Counted from the stretch's first letter, positions 38,612 to 49,340 are shown. The stretch is DNA of 64,000 nucleotides from Algoriphagus sp. (GCA_024642365.1 JAHEBE010000001.1:7894-71893); one strand, 5' to 3'. Numbers and translations are program-made. The notes: generated by a model not told the origin, from the sequence alone.

Positions 38612-39520
38612 ATGCTGACTTTATTTTTTGCCATCCTCATGCTTTCCCTCGGGCTATATTTTCAAACCCGACCCTCTTTCCCCAAAGAAAAAGTAAGCAA
38701 GTGGGTGAATTTTTACCTTTTCAATTTTGTCTTACCTGCTCTTGCCCTCCTGTATATTCCTCAGATCGATCCGGGCTGGAACTTACTTCTTCCTATATCA
38801 GCTGCTTGGTTTACTTTTTTCTGTTCTTGGATTTTGTTTGGAACATTGGGAAAACTCCTTCACTGGGATTCCGCCACGACAGGTTGCCTGATAATCGTCT
38901 CAGGGCTAGCTAATACTTCGTTCTTGGGTTTTCCAGTTATCGAAGGACTTTTGGGAAAAGAAGGGCTTTCTACCGCTTTATTGATTGATCAAGGAGGTTC
39001 CTTTTTGTTGGTTTCTTCGGTCTCTATCGTTGTCGCTTCCATCTACTCACATCATGAAAGTAAACTCAGCGCCATCCCGTTAAAAATCATCTCTTTCCCG
39101 CCTTTCTTATTTTTGATAGGAACGCTTATTATGAGCTTTGCAGGCTGGAAAACCCCAGAATTCATTTTGCCCTACGCCTCAGCCATCGGAAAAACAATGG
39201 TGCCGGCTTCGATCTTTGCCATAGGGCTTCGCTTTCGCTTAGACTTTGAATCACTCAATTCAAGATTCTTCTGGATGGGGATGAGCTACAGATTACTACT
39301 CGCTCCAGCATTAGTTTGGGTGATCTATCGGAATTTTGATTTCGAAAACGAGCTAATGCTGCAAGTCACAATTTTAGAAAGCGGAATGGCACCTATGATT
39401 ACCGGCTCCTTGGTGGCCATTCAATATGAGCTTCGGCCAAAACTCGCGGCACTTCTATCGGGCTTGGGGATACCGATTTCTATCCTAAGTATTTTGGTTT
39501 GGTACTTTTTGTTGAAATAA
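38612..39520 (+). CDS. AEC (auxin efflux carrier) family transporter
   Basis: LPALAL, ANTSFLGFP, FPPF, LESGMAPM; about 10 TM. Confidence 0.88.
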   Translation: MLTLFFAILMLSLGLYFQTRPSFPKEKVSKWVNFYLFNFVLPALALLYIPQIDPGWNLLLPISAAWFTFFCSWILFGTLGKLLHWDSATTGCLIIVSGLANTSFLGFPVIEGLLGKEGLSTALLIDQGGSFLLVSSVSIVVASIYSHHESKLSAIPLKIISFPPFLFLIGTLIMSFAGWKTPEFILPYASAIGKTMVPASIFAIGLRFRLDFESLNSRFFWMGMSYRLLLAPALVWVIYRNFDFENELMLQVTILESGMAPMITGSLVAIQYELRPKLAALLSGLGIPISILSILVWYFLLK

Positions 39521-39521
39521 C

Positions 39522-40325
39522 CTATTCCAAAATTGGTTTTACCTTTTCTGTAAATTCCTGATGAATCAAGTGATTTGTTGCAATGATTTGTCTGCCAAAG
39601 ATAAAATCTCTGCCACCTTTGAAATCAGTGACTTTTCCTCCCGCTTCCTCCACGATTAATGCGCCAGCAGCCACGTCATAGGAGTTGAGGTTATATTCAA
39701 AATAGCCCTCAGACCTTCCTGCCGCCACATAACAAAGGTCAACCGCAGCGCTTCCCAGTCGTCGAAGCCCATGCGTGCTTTTCATCAATTCCTTGAGGGC
39801 ACCCATGTATTTATCGATTAGCTCAAAGTTATAATAGGGAAAACCTGTCGCGATCAAGGATTCAGCAAGCGAAGAAGCTTTGCTAACTTGGATTTTTGTT
39901 TCGTTGCAGTAGGCCCCACCACCTTTTACGGCATAGAAGCATTCATGCCGATTCACTTCATAGACTACGCCCAATACCACTTCATTTGCTTCCATCAAGG
40001 CAATACTTACTGCATATACGGGAAGTCCATGGATGAAATTCGTCGTACCATCAAGGGGATCGATGACCCAAGTCAAGGTCGCCGCAGCTTTGGCCTCGGT
40101 TCCCTCCTCAGTAATAAATCCTGCATCAGGTAAAATCTTAGAAAGCTGCTTTACGATCAACTTTTCAGCTTCTTTATCCACATAAGAAACGAGGTCATTT
40201 AGTCCTTTATGCTCGACCTTATCGATATTAAAATGTTGTCGCTCTTTTCGAATGAATGCGCCAGCTTCCTTGGCAATCTCCTGTGTTTGCTCCAGCAATA
40301 GGCTGAGCTCAGATTTTTTGAGCAT
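39522..40325 (-). CDS. Inositol monophosphatase family (SuhB-like)
   Basis: WVIDPLDGTTNF, RRLGSAA, YDVAAG.LIVEEAGG. Confidence 0.93.
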   Translation of the reverse strand: MLKKSELSLLLEQTQEIAKEAGAFIRKERQHFNIDKVEHKGLNDLVSYVDKEAEKLIVKQLSKILPDAGFITEEGTEAKAAATLTWVIDPLDGTTNFIHGLPVYAVSIALMEANEVVLGVVYEVNRHECFYAVKGGGAYCNETKIQVSKASSLAESLIATGFPYYNFELIDKYMGALKELMKSTHGLRRLGSAAVDLCYVAAGRSEGYFEYNLNSYDVAAGALIVEEAGGKVTDFKGGRDFIFGRQIIATNHLIHQEFTEKVKPILE

Positions 40326-41015
40326 TTATGCTTTGGGGTTTTTTCCGGCCACGGTCAAGACAATTTCTCCTTTCAATGGATTGGAATTATAGTATTCAAT
40401 TAGTTCTGCCAAAGTACCTCTGGCATTTTCTTCATGCAGTTTGGTCAACTCACGAGAGACGCAGGCCTGACGATCCGCACCAAATGCCTCAGCAAGCTGC
40501 TCCAAAGTCTTCATTAAGCGATGGGGGGATTCATAAAAGACCATGGTTCGCACCTCATCTACTAGATTGTCAATGCGTGTTTTTCTACCTTTTTTATGCG
40601 GCAAAAATCCTTCAAAAACAAAGCGATCATTTGGCAATCCACTGTTGATAAGGGCTGGAATCAAAGCTGTAGCTCCCGGAAGACATTGGACATCCAAACC
40701 AGCTGCGAGTACCTCTCTCACTAATAAAAAGCCAGGATCGGAAATCGCAGGTGTCCCAGCATCGCTAATCAATGCAAAAACTTCGCCTCCTTTCATTCGA
40801 TCTACAAGCCGTTGAACTGTCTTGTGTTCATTAAAAATATGATAGCTCTGCAATGGTCTGGATATCTCAAGATGTTTGAGCAAGCTCCCACTTGTTCGTG
40901 TATCTTCTGCTAAAATGACGTCTGCACTTTTTAATACCTCAATAGCCCGAAGGGTAATATCCTTGAGGTTTCCAATTGGCGTGGGGACGAGATATAAATT
41001 GATTCCTTGATCCAT
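40326..41015 (-). CDS. rsmI: 16S rRNA C1402 2'-O-methyltransferase
   Basis: PTPIGNL.DIT, EDTR, SDAGTPAISDPG, YESPHR, RELTKLHEE. Confidence 0.97.
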   Translation of the reverse strand: MDQGINLYLVPTPIGNLKDITLRAIEVLKSADVILAEDTRTSGSLLKHLEISRPLQSYHIFNEHKTVQRLVDRMKGGEVFALISDAGTPAISDPGFLLVREVLAAGLDVQCLPGATALIPALINSGLPNDRFVFEGFLPHKKGRKTRIDNLVDEVRTMVFYESPHRLMKTLEQLAEAFGADRQACVSRELTKLHEENARGTLAELIEYYNSNPLKGEIVLTVAGKNPKA

Positions 41016-41248
41016 TACCCTAGCAGCTTGTCTATCGCCTCAGCGAGCTTGCGATCCTTCGCTGTCACGGTATTTCCTGCGTCATGTGTTGTCAACTCGA
41101 TCTCCACTGTATTATACACATTGCTCCAGTTGGGGTGGTGATTTTGTATCTCTGCCAAGAATGCTACTCGAGTCATAAATGCAAAGGCCTCCTGAAAATC
41201 TCCAAATTTGAATGTTCGCTTCAGTTTATTGTCTTCCTCTTTCCACAT
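41015..41248 (-). CDS. Pterin-4a-carbinolamine dehydratase
   Basis: F.DF.EAF.FM, AE..NHHP, LTTHD. Confidence 0.93.
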   Translation of the reverse strand: MWKEEDNKLKRTFKFGDFQEAFAFMTRVAFLAEIQNHHPNWSNVYNTVEIELTTHDAGNTVTAKDRKLAEAIDKLLG

Positions 41249-41260
41249 GATCGCTTGAAA

Positions 41261-41527
41261 TTAAAGTGATAATAAGCCTTCGATTTTCGAGGCTCTTTCA
41301 TAGATGGCAATAATTTGATCGGCCGAATCCATTAAAGGCTTGATCGTCGTACTGACGTATTTTCCACCTGAACTGGCTTTAATGGCAATTTCATTTTTAG
41401 GGAAAAGTGCAGCGACTTCCTGTTCCTTACCATTTGGAACAATAAACTTGAACATATAAAGCATTGGGAATTGGCCGCTTGCTTCTAACTTCTCTTTAAA
41501 TGACGCGGTATTAAAATCCTTTTTCAT
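41261..41527 (-). CDS. DUF493 family protein
   Basis: FP..YMFKFIVP, SSGGKYVS, IEGLLSL. Confidence 0.85.
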   Translation of the reverse strand: MKKDFNTASFKEKLEASGQFPMLYMFKFIVPNGKEQEVAALFPKNEIAIKASSGGKYVSTTIKPLMDSADQIIAIYERASKIEGLLSL

Positions 41528-41556
41528 ACTCCACTCTTATTTTGAACTTAAACAAA

Positions 41557-41582
41557 GAACCCATGCTGTTGGGCATGGGTTC
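41557..41582 (-). terminator. Probable terminator after ppiD-like gene
   Basis: GAACCCATGC-tgttgg-GCATGGGTTC hairpin with T-rich tail on minus strand. Confidence 0.75.
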
Positions 41583-41599
41583 ATTTGTTTTGATTTTCC

Positions 41600-43708
41600 T
41601 TAGAAGAATTTGTAGCGATAATCTTTCACGTTTGCCAGATCCTGAAGTGCCATCATGACTTGGTAGGAAGTTCGCTGCGAAGCATTCTGAGTTAATGAAC
41701 CTTGGAAGCCGGAGTAGTCACCAATCTCAGCTGCTGGAGTGAGTGTGTTCAATCGACCCACCAAAACTCCGATGTCCTCTTGTACAGGTAGTGTAAGTTG
41801 ACCTGCCTTTATTCCGAAGATAGAACCGATCGCTTTAGGAGCGAAGCCTACGCCCGGAATCACTGAGGTGCTCAACTTCAAGTCAGGAATTTGGTTGATA
41901 GATGCAGACTCTGGATAAACTGCTTTCATTTCTTCCAAAGTAGCCAAACCTTTTAATTTCGACTGGATCAATGCAGCCTTCTTCTCATTTCTAACTTGAG
42001 TTTCGACCTGCTCTCTAACGTCAGCTAGAGTTACATCTCCTTCTTCTTTTTTGCTCACCAATGTTGCCACTAGGTACGCATTGTCTAATTCAAACACAGG
42101 AGAAACCTCATCTGTAGAAGCTTCAGAAAAAGCCCAACGGATTACTTCTCTTGCATTCGGGATATTATTGATATTTCTAGCGCTCGCATCAATTGCGTTT
42201 GCCTGAATAATTCTAAAGTTTTCAGTTTCTGCATTCTCTGTGAATTGGTTTCTGTTTCCAGAATTTGCTGCAAATGAATCCGCATTTCTGAAAGCTTCAT
42301 TTCGAGTGGCATCACTTGCTACAAGTTCTCTCTCCAAAGTAGCTACTTTGGTATAGTTTGACTTTGGCATTTCTGTCACTTCAATAATATGGTAACCATA
42401 TTCAGTTTCTACCAAGTTTGAAAGAATGCCAGCAGAGTTAGCTGCATACGTTGCATTGGCAAATTCCTCAACGAAATCATCCTTGGCAAACCATCCAAGA
42501 TCTCCACCATTCTGGGCTGAAGCATCTTGTCCATATTGACTAGCTGCCACCGCAAAATTTCCTGAGCTTTTTACTTCTGCAAGCACCCGCTCAGCTTCAG
42601 CTTTTACATCAGCTTTAGCCTGATCACTCATGTTTTCTGTTGAAAACAAAATATGCGATGCTCTCATTCGTGGAGTACCACTGTATTCCTGAGAAACTTT
42701 ATAGGAAACGTATGATCCGTTTGGAGTAACAAATGGACCATAAGTCTCACCTGCTATTACTTGACCTACATTAGACACTAAATCAGCAGGAAGATCTTCT
42801 CCTGGCTTGAAAGTGTAAAATGCTGTTGGGTTTTCGGAATTTCTTACTGCAAATGCAGAGTCATTGGCAGAAGTTCTCAATTCTTCAGTCAATGCAGCGA
42901 TTTCTTCGATCACCATCGCTGAATCCTGCCCGCTAGGAAGAATGCTGAAGCTAACATATTCGATGCTTGCAGTATTCCCAGTTCTGAATTTTGACTTGTT
43001 TTTTTCTAAGTAAGCATTCATATCGCTTTCTTCTACTTTTACCTCATCGTCCTTTACTGCATAGTAAGGAACATAAAGTAAAGAAACGTCAGCAATAGAA
43101 TTCGCTGCTTTGTATTCCATCTTAGCTTCTGCTTGAGTAGTGAACTCAGATGTCGCTAACAGATTGTCATATTTGATTCGAAGTCTAGAGCTAGCAAACA
43201 ATTTTTCCTGCTGAGCCCAGAAAGCTTGCTGTGCAGGATCTGCTGTCTCCAAAGACTGAAGGAAAGTAATCAACTGATTCTTGTCAAATTCACCGGTAGT
43301 TGGGTTTACCAATTGCTGGCGAAGTTCAGCTACAAGGTTTTTCCCTTGAACCATGTCCACCAATTCAGCATCTGACACCTCTAATCCAAGCTTCTCATAT
43401 TCTTCGTTGAATACTCGCTCAACGATCATTGCTTGCCAAGCCTGCTCACGAACAGTGACCATTTCCACCTCAGATGGAGCTCTTCCAGTTCGTTGTTGGT
43501 AAGCAATTTTTACTTCCTCTACTTTAAGAATGTATTCTTCATAAGTAATATCCTCGCCTGCTATCTCACCTACGATGTTTTGGCTGGAATTGAGAAGTGA
43601 TGAATTTGGACTCAATAAGTCTCCTCCGAGAAGGAATAAAATTAACCCGCCGGCTATTACACCGATTGCGAGACCTGTCCGCTGTCTTATTTGTTTAATT
43701 AACGCCAT
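41600..43708 (-). CDS. PpiD-like periplasmic chaperone (SurA-N + parvulin domains)
   Basis: N-terminal TM; RASHIL, GGDLGWF, ETEYGYHII rotamase motifs. Confidence 0.9.
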   Translation of the reverse strand: MALIKQIRQRTGLAIGVIAGGLILFLLGGDLLSPNSSLLNSSQNIVGEIAGEDITYEEYILKVEEVKIAYQQRTGRAPSEVEMVTVREQAWQAMIVERVFNEEYEKLGLEVSDAELVDMVQGKNLVAELRQQLVNPTTGEFDKNQLITFLQSLETADPAQQAFWAQQEKLFASSRLRIKYDNLLATSEFTTQAEAKMEYKAANSIADVSLLYVPYYAVKDDEVKVEESDMNAYLEKNKSKFRTGNTASIEYVSFSILPSGQDSAMVIEEIAALTEELRTSANDSAFAVRNSENPTAFYTFKPGEDLPADLVSNVGQVIAGETYGPFVTPNGSYVSYKVSQEYSGTPRMRASHILFSTENMSDQAKADVKAEAERVLAEVKSSGNFAVAASQYGQDASAQNGGDLGWFAKDDFVEEFANATYAANSAGILSNLVETEYGYHIIEVTEMPKSNYTKVATLERELVASDATRNEAFRNADSFAANSGNRNQFTENAETENFRIIQANAIDASARNINNIPNAREVIRWAFSEASTDEVSPVFELDNAYLVATLVSKKEEGDVTLADVREQVETQVRNEKKAALIQSKLKGLATLEEMKAVYPESASINQIPDLKLSTSVIPGVGFAPKAIGSIFGIKAGQLTLPVQEDIGVLVGRLNTLTPAAEIGDYSGFQGSLTQNASQRTSYQVMMALQDLANVKDYRYKFF

Positions 43709-43791
43709 TATTGTTACTACGCTTTTTTAGGAGTCGCAAAATAATAGCATTAGTAACGAAATTCAAAATATATTCTGAATCAAAGCTTTAT

Positions 43792-45072
43792 CTAAAAAAT
43801 CCCAGAGGAGTTAATTTTGAGCCTAACTGTTTCAATTCGATGGTCTTGCTTCGTAAGAATTGTGAAGGTATAGGGGCCAAATGTTACTGACTCTCCTTTT
43901 TTTGGAAGGTTCTCTGTGAGGGACAAAATCAAGCCTGAAAGTGTCTCAAAGTCACCTATTGGCAGATCCCAGTCATATTTATCATTTAAATAATCAATTT
44001 CTTGACGCGCACTGAGGACAAATTCCTGCTCAGAAATTTTTTGCTCCATTAGGTCATCGTTGTCATATTCATCTTCGATTTCCCCAAAAATTTCCTCAAT
44101 AATATCTTCCATAGAAACAATTCCACTTGTCCCGCCAAATTCATCCACTACCAATGCAAGGCTTTTTCGCTCTTGGATAAATTGAATCAACAGCTCATTT
44201 GCCAAAGCGGATTCCGGCGCAATCAAAATCGGAGTCAAGATCTCTTCAATCGTCTTTGGCTTCTTGAAAAGCTCCAACTGATGGCAGTACCCGATCACAT
44301 CATCTATCGTCTCTCGATACACGATGATTTTGGAATGGCCACTTTCTTCAAAAATTGACTTCAAATCTTCTATCGGATCATCCACCTCAACAGAGACAAT
44401 GTCTGTTCTTGGCACCATACATTCCCGGACTCGGACTGTTTTAAACTCTACCGCGTTATCAAAAATTTTAGTGTCAATATCCACATGCCCTTCTTCTTTT
44501 GCTTTGGTCAGGTGATTCTGAACAAAACTATTGAGATCTGTAACAGTAAAAACTGGCTTGTCTTCAGAATATTCCAATCGCAACACCTTCGTAATAAAAA
44601 ACCGGGAAAGCCAAACCGTAGCCCAAACAATCGGATATATCAAAGTGTAGATCAACCAAAACGGCAGCGCAAAAAAAGTGAGCATGCTATTGGGGTTGAG
44701 CATAAAAAGGCTCTTCGGCAAAAATTCCGCAGTGATTAAAACGATTATTGTAGAAACAATTGTTTGTGAAAAAAGGATAAATCCTTCATTATTTAGACTC
44801 TCCGGCAGGTTTGATTTCAGTGGTTCTTCCATCAAATAGGCCATGAATATGCCGTACAGCACCAAGGAAATGGTATTTCCCATTAGTGTCGTTCCGATAA
44901 ATTGGCCAGGGCGCTGCACAAAGCCGCTCAATAATCTACCTGTAAGGTCTCCTTGTTTATTTTGAAGTTCGATTTGGAGCTTATTGGATGAAATAAATGC
45001 GATCTCCATTCCCGAAAAAAAAGCCGAAAATACCAGCGTAATAATTACATAGATCAAATAGGAAGCTTCCAT
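43792..45072 (-). CDS. Hemolysin/CorC family protein (DUF21-CBS-CorC)
   Basis: SAFFSGMEIA, EFLPK, MVPRTD, VVDEFGG..GIV..EDIIEEIFGEIEDEYD. Confidence 0.93.
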   Translation of the reverse strand: MEASYLIYVIITLVFSAFFSGMEIAFISSNKLQIELQNKQGDLTGRLLSGFVQRPGQFIGTTLMGNTISLVLYGIFMAYLMEEPLKSNLPESLNNEGFILFSQTIVSTIIVLITAEFLPKSLFMLNPNSMLTFFALPFWLIYTLIYPIVWATVWLSRFFITKVLRLEYSEDKPVFTVTDLNSFVQNHLTKAKEEGHVDIDTKIFDNAVEFKTVRVRECMVPRTDIVSVEVDDPIEDLKSIFEESGHSKIIVYRETIDDVIGYCHQLELFKKPKTIEEILTPILIAPESALANELLIQFIQERKSLALVVDEFGGTSGIVSMEDIIEEIFGEIEDEYDNDDLMEQKISEQEFVLSARQEIDYLNDKYDWDLPIGDFETLSGLILSLTENLPKKGESVTFGPYTFTILTKQDHRIETVRLKINSSGIF

Positions 45073-45282
45073 TTAGCGTTTTTTGGCTGGTTTTGATTTT
45101 TTCTTTTCCTCGGGAGGATTTTGGTTAGCCGTCACTTTTCGGTATTGAAACCAAAATAACAAAGCCACTGCAAACATAAAAATAGCATAGGAGGATTCAA
45201 TGCCTACGGTCAGAGATTGATGAACTCCAATGATGATTAGAGCGAGGGATAAGGAGATTATGAGTGCGTCTGCGAGTTTCAA
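45073..45282 (-). CDS. Small two-TM membrane protein
   Basis: 69 aa, two hydrophobic helices, basic tail, abuts next gene. Confidence 0.65.
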   Translation of the reverse strand: MKLADALIISLSLALIIIGVHQSLTVGIESSYAIFMFAVALLFWFQYRKVTANQNPPEEKKKSKPAKKR

Positions 45283-45327
45283 GCTTATATTTTCTTTTTT
45301 TTGCTGGAGTCGGTAAATGATTAGAAA

Positions 45328-45876
45328 TCAAATTCCTTCTCCGGGAAGTAATGTCCTGGAATCTCGGACATTTTTCAATTTATAGGTGGAAAACGATTCA
45401 TCCGCTTCCATGCCCGTTCCATTGAAAAGCGTTTGCCTCTCTTGAATGGTCACAAATTTATCGGTATAAATCCGCTTCTCATTCGGATTCCAAAAGATTT
45501 CTTCTGTTTGCAGCTGTTGGTCTTTCAGGAGGTTCTTTACTTTCACGTCCCCCATTCCTTTGTAAAGGTTTTGTTCTTTGAGATAAAAACCCTTGTCCGC
45601 GCGCATAGTCGTCCCTAAGGTGCCGTCCTTTTCAAAGAACTGAATTTCTATTCCCTCCGGAAATTCAATATTCCCATTGGCGAACTCCAATTGCTTTGGC
45701 GCTTTAAGATCAGACCGAATAATGGCAGAATCACTTTGAACTAAGTGAATATTGGTGGAGCTAGTCATGGGTCCATCGTATTCTTGAATGGACGCCTGAT
45801 CTGCATCTTCACGGCATGAAAACATTATGCAAAGACTTAAGCAGATCAAAATCAACTGTTGAAAACTGAATTTCAT
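45328..45876 (-). CDS. lptC: LPS export protein LptC
   Basis: Lipobox FSC; EFPEGI, L.TEEIFW, IYTDKFV, GTGMEA beta-jellyroll pattern. Confidence 0.85.
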   Translation of the reverse strand: MKFSFQQLILICLSLCIMFSCREDADQASIQEYDGPMTSSTNIHLVQSDSAIIRSDLKAPKQLEFANGNIEFPEGIEIQFFEKDGTLGTTMRADKGFYLKEQNLYKGMGDVKVKNLLKDQQLQTEEIFWNPNEKRIYTDKFVTIQERQTLFNGTGMEADESFSTYKLKNVRDSRTLLPGEGI

Positions 45877-45912
45877 TTTCTAAAGATAATTGAAAACCTT
45901 ATTTGTATAAAC

Positions 45913-45944
45913 TAAAAAAGGCAGCCATATAGACTGCCTTTTTA
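45913..45944 (-). terminator. Terminator-like hairpin between TPR gene and lptC
   Basis: TAAAAAAGGCAG...CTGCCTTTTTA. Confidence 0.7.
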
Positions 45945-45958
45945 GAATTATTATTTTC

Positions 45959-47260
45959 TTAATCTCTCGTAGCCAAAGTTACTGTTTCGCCAACCCAACA
46001 TCCGGTATTGACAGTTGAACCTACAGCTAGTCCTTCAGTAAACAACTCTTCTCGAGAAGGGAATCTCGATCTAGCATTTGCCATACCTTCTCTGTCTCCA
46101 GCACGCTGATATGCGTTGTAAGCAGCGATGTAGATGGAATAATCTTTTGCTCGGCTTTCTCCTCCTTTACAGTCATTGAAGGAGTTCATATACATTCCCC
46201 CGATCAACGAGTACACGTCTGAAGTTTTTGAGTTATCCAGGTCTGCGGCTTCTTTAGCAGCAGCTCTAGCGGCAGATTTTTTACCTTGCTTGAAATAGAT
46301 TTTAGCAAGTTCCATTTTAGCATCTGACTTTTGAGTAGGATTCTCAGCTAAAGTATAGGCCTGGTCCCACATGTTCTCCGCTTTCGCAGTGTTATCTTCT
46401 TGCATGTATCGCATTGCGATTACTTGAGAAGTAGAGAAACTTGGCTCTTTAGCATGCTTGATCTCTAGGGCTTGCAAGAATGCTGCAGATGAGAAACATT
46501 TGTATTGTACAGAGTATTTGAAGATTTGATCTGCCAACACTTCATTAGTAGGGTCAGCCTTCAACTTCGCTCCCATGGTGTTCTCGATGAAATTACAATC
46601 AATCAATTCCATTGCAACAAGAAGTTGCTCCATGTTGCCTTTCTGGCTGGACACATCCGTTCCCTTAGCACCTTCAGCATCTAAAATCCCATTCAAATTA
46701 TCATACATGGTCAGAATCTGCTCACCAGAGTAAGCCTTGTGATAAGCATAGTTTCTATAAACCAAGTTGAAATAAGCAGGAACTAATTGGTAATTGATCG
46801 CACCATTTAATTTCAAGGCTTTCTCAAAATCAGCTACCGCTATTTTCAATTTATCTTTATCATCCTTATAGAACTGATAGCCATAATAAGCTTTGTTTTC
46901 AATCCAGTTTGATTCGTTGTTGAATAGCTCACCTCTCTTATCATAGATCGCCAAAACTGAATCTTGATAAACCGCCACTTTCGCCGCGTCAGTTACTTCC
47001 TCAGATGCACCTTTGTAGATATTTACCCCATTGATGTAAATGGATTCATTCAAATTTGGAACATTGACAAGCAGCCAATTCAAAGGCTTAGTAGCTGCAA
47101 CAAATTGCTCAGACTTCATGTAGTCTACATAAGCTGCATTAAGTTCTCTTGCCTTTGCTTCTTGAGCTGGATCTGCTGGCCAATTCCAGCCATCTTGAGC
47201 TTGAACCATACCTGCCAGAAGTAGCGCAGATAGACTTAGGAGTGTCGCTTTAAGTTTCAT
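45959..47260 (-). CDS. Secreted TPR-like protein
   Basis: Signal peptide; helical repeats; C-terminal FPSREELF..GCWVGETV. Confidence 0.8.
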   Translation of the reverse strand: MKLKATLLSLSALLLAGMVQAQDGWNWPADPAQEAKARELNAAYVDYMKSEQFVAATKPLNWLLVNVPNLNESIYINGVNIYKGASEEVTDAAKVAVYQDSVLAIYDKRGELFNNESNWIENKAYYGYQFYKDDKDKLKIAVADFEKALKLNGAINYQLVPAYFNLVYRNYAYHKAYSGEQILTMYDNLNGILDAEGAKGTDVSSQKGNMEQLLVAMELIDCNFIENTMGAKLKADPTNEVLADQIFKYSVQYKCFSSAAFLQALEIKHAKEPSFSTSQVIAMRYMQEDNTAKAENMWDQAYTLAENPTQKSDAKMELAKIYFKQGKKSAARAAAKEAADLDNSKTSDVYSLIGGMYMNSFNDCKGGESRAKDYSIYIAAYNAYQRAGDREGMANARSRFPSREELFTEGLAVGSTVNTGCWVGETVTLATRD

Positions 47261-47350
47261 TTTATTATACGGTTTAATTCGGATGCCAATTTTAAGGATA
47301 TAAATCTTTCTCTCAAAAGATTTAACCTTAGTGATTTGTGATTGTTTTAT

Positions 47351-48634
47351 TTATTCAAATACTCGTTTGTAGAACCAGCTGTTGTCATTCAATGAAAATC
47401 CAAGGGTAAAGTTAATATAGTTTTCGCGGATTAGCCCATTTTCAGTCGTTCCCCGCTGTCCTACCTTCATTGCAAAGTTCATTAATGACAGTTGATTCAG
47501 TGGTAGTGAAGCTCCAAAGTTGATGCCAAGATCAGTGATATTGGTGTTGTTCAGATAGTATGGAGTTTGGATATATTCTACTCCAAATCGGTAAGTACTT
47601 CGCTTCAAAGGGCTGTCAATCGCCAAATAATCTGGCACGATTTGCATCCCAAGTCCTACTTTTATTACCTCTTTTAATTGAGTTGGATCATCTAAAAAGG
47701 AGCGATACTGCTTGAAATCCTGATACTGCGCTTCCAATCCAATCGCATACTTATTCATCTTTTCAAAGGTGAATCCAAAGCCATAACGATTTGGTATATA
47801 GACACTTCCTGGCTCATCATTTGCAATCAAATCGCCGTCTGTATCAAGGTCATTTGCCTCCCCAAAGGCGGCAAGTTTTGCAAAAGCTCTTCCCTTCACA
47901 TCACCCAGTTTTTCATAGATGGCTCCTAGGTGAAGCGAGTTCTTGGTTGAAAGCGGAATCATGTAATGCGTGCCCAATTTAAAGCCTACATCTGAAACTG
48001 TTAATCTTTCATAATATTCTGTTGGGATCCCAACATCAACCCCATCGGCATCTGTCAGACTCAACTGATTGGTCCGAATCGTAGAGCCAAACAAGTAAGA
48101 GCCTTGAATACCCAAACTCAAATTTTTGGCTACGACAAAACCCGTATTGATATAAGCTTCTGAAATTCCTCCGTCTCCTTCAATGTAATTCGTAGCATTG
48201 ATCGTCGCATTATTTACTTGGCTACCGATCAGCAAGCGGTAATTCACACTAGTGATCTGATTTAAGCCCATTCCCAAGGTCGTTTTTCCTGACTTCACGG
48301 GAAGTGAAAAGGCTATATAGGATAATCCTCCACCATCCACATCTGAGGTTTCGGTTCCATTATTGGCGTTGATTTTTTTATAATTCAGGGCTGCCTGGAA
48401 ATTGAAAATGGTATTTCGAGTACTCAGCGCAGGATTGACTACGTTGGCACTCCAGCCTGTTCCGTAACTTATTCCCAAGCCCCCCATTCCTTGATTGGTC
48501 GTCAAACCGGAATAATTAAATTCCCCGATACCTAAGGCACTGTAAGTTGAAGCACTGGATTGTGCCAAAGCTTCATTAAAAAGGAAAAGAGTGCAACAGG
48601 CACCCAGCAATTGCAATTTGATTTTACTCAACAT
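47351..48634 (-). CDS. Outer membrane beta-barrel protein (FadL/PorV-like)
   Basis: Signal peptide; STYS.LGIG, GMGG, NPA motifs; ends WFYKRVFE. Confidence 0.75.
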   Translation of the reverse strand: MLSKIKLQLLGACCTLFLFNEALAQSSASTYSALGIGEFNYSGLTTNQGMGGLGISYGTGWSANVVNPALSTRNTIFNFQAALNYKKINANNGTETSDVDGGGLSYIAFSLPVKSGKTTLGMGLNQITSVNYRLLIGSQVNNATINATNYIEGDGGISEAYINTGFVVAKNLSLGIQGSYLFGSTIRTNQLSLTDADGVDVGIPTEYYERLTVSDVGFKLGTHYMIPLSTKNSLHLGAIYEKLGDVKGRAFAKLAAFGEANDLDTDGDLIANDEPGSVYIPNRYGFGFTFEKMNKYAIGLEAQYQDFKQYRSFLDDPTQLKEVIKVGLGMQIVPDYLAIDSPLKRSTYRFGVEYIQTPYYLNNTNITDLGINFGASLPLNQLSLMNFAMKVGQRGTTENGLIRENYINFTLGFSLNDNSWFYKRVFE

Positions 48635-49340
48635 TGTGGTTTAGAATAGCATTCAGTCCGTGCAGGACCAAATTTGGGACTACAAATATGTGGTCTTTTA
48701 CTAATGAATCAAAAGATTGTGCATCTCCACCGCAAACAAAGACCATTATTTGCGGATATTTTTGCTGATAAGCCTTGATTTGGCCTAAAATTTCATGCAC
48801 TACTCCATGCCAAACTCCTATTTCCATACATGAAATTGTGGAGTTGCCTATTAAATCTTGAGGCTGTTTATCCAATTTCACCAAGGGAAGTCGAGCTGTA
48901 AATTCATGCATTGCTCTAGCTCGCATGCTTAATCCAGGACTAATCGCTCCTCCTAAGTAAGCTCCAGATTCATCTACAAAATCATAGGTAATACAGCTCC
49001 CCAAGTCAATGGAAAGAATAGGGTGGCCTTTTCCCTTTGTCCACGCACCGATTGCGGCAGCAATTCGATCAAGGCCTAGGGAATGTGGTGAACCATATTT
49101 ATTTTCTATGGGAATTTTGGTTTGGTGAGCAAGGAATAGGAAATCAAACTTGAAGTAGGTTTTCAACTCATCCTCTGAATACTTCACCGAACTAATGATA
49201 CAATGCTCAAAAGCAGCGTCCTCCAATCTGATCAAAAGCTCCTCCATCGAATCAAACGCCTGCGATTGAATGAGCTCAATTGACTCAAAAAATGCCAGTT
49301 TGATTCTGGTGTTGCCTATGTCTATAATCAGATTTGCCAC
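48624..49340 (-). CDS. coaX: Type III pantothenate kinase
   Basis: IDIGNTRIK, LGLDR, IDLGSCIT.D, GGAISPG, GGDA. Confidence 0.95.
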   Translation of the reverse strand: MANLIIDIGNTRIKLAFFESIELIQSQAFDSMEELLIRLEDAAFEHCIISSVKYSEDELKTYFKFDFLFLAHQTKIPIENKYGSPHSLGLDRIAAAIGAWTKGKGHPILSIDLGSCITYDFVDESGAYLGGAISPGLSMRARAMHEFTARLPLVKLDKQPQDLIGNSTISCMEIGVWHGVVHEILGQIKAYQQKYPQIMVFVCGGDAQSFDSLVKDHIFVVPNLVLHGLNAILNHNVE

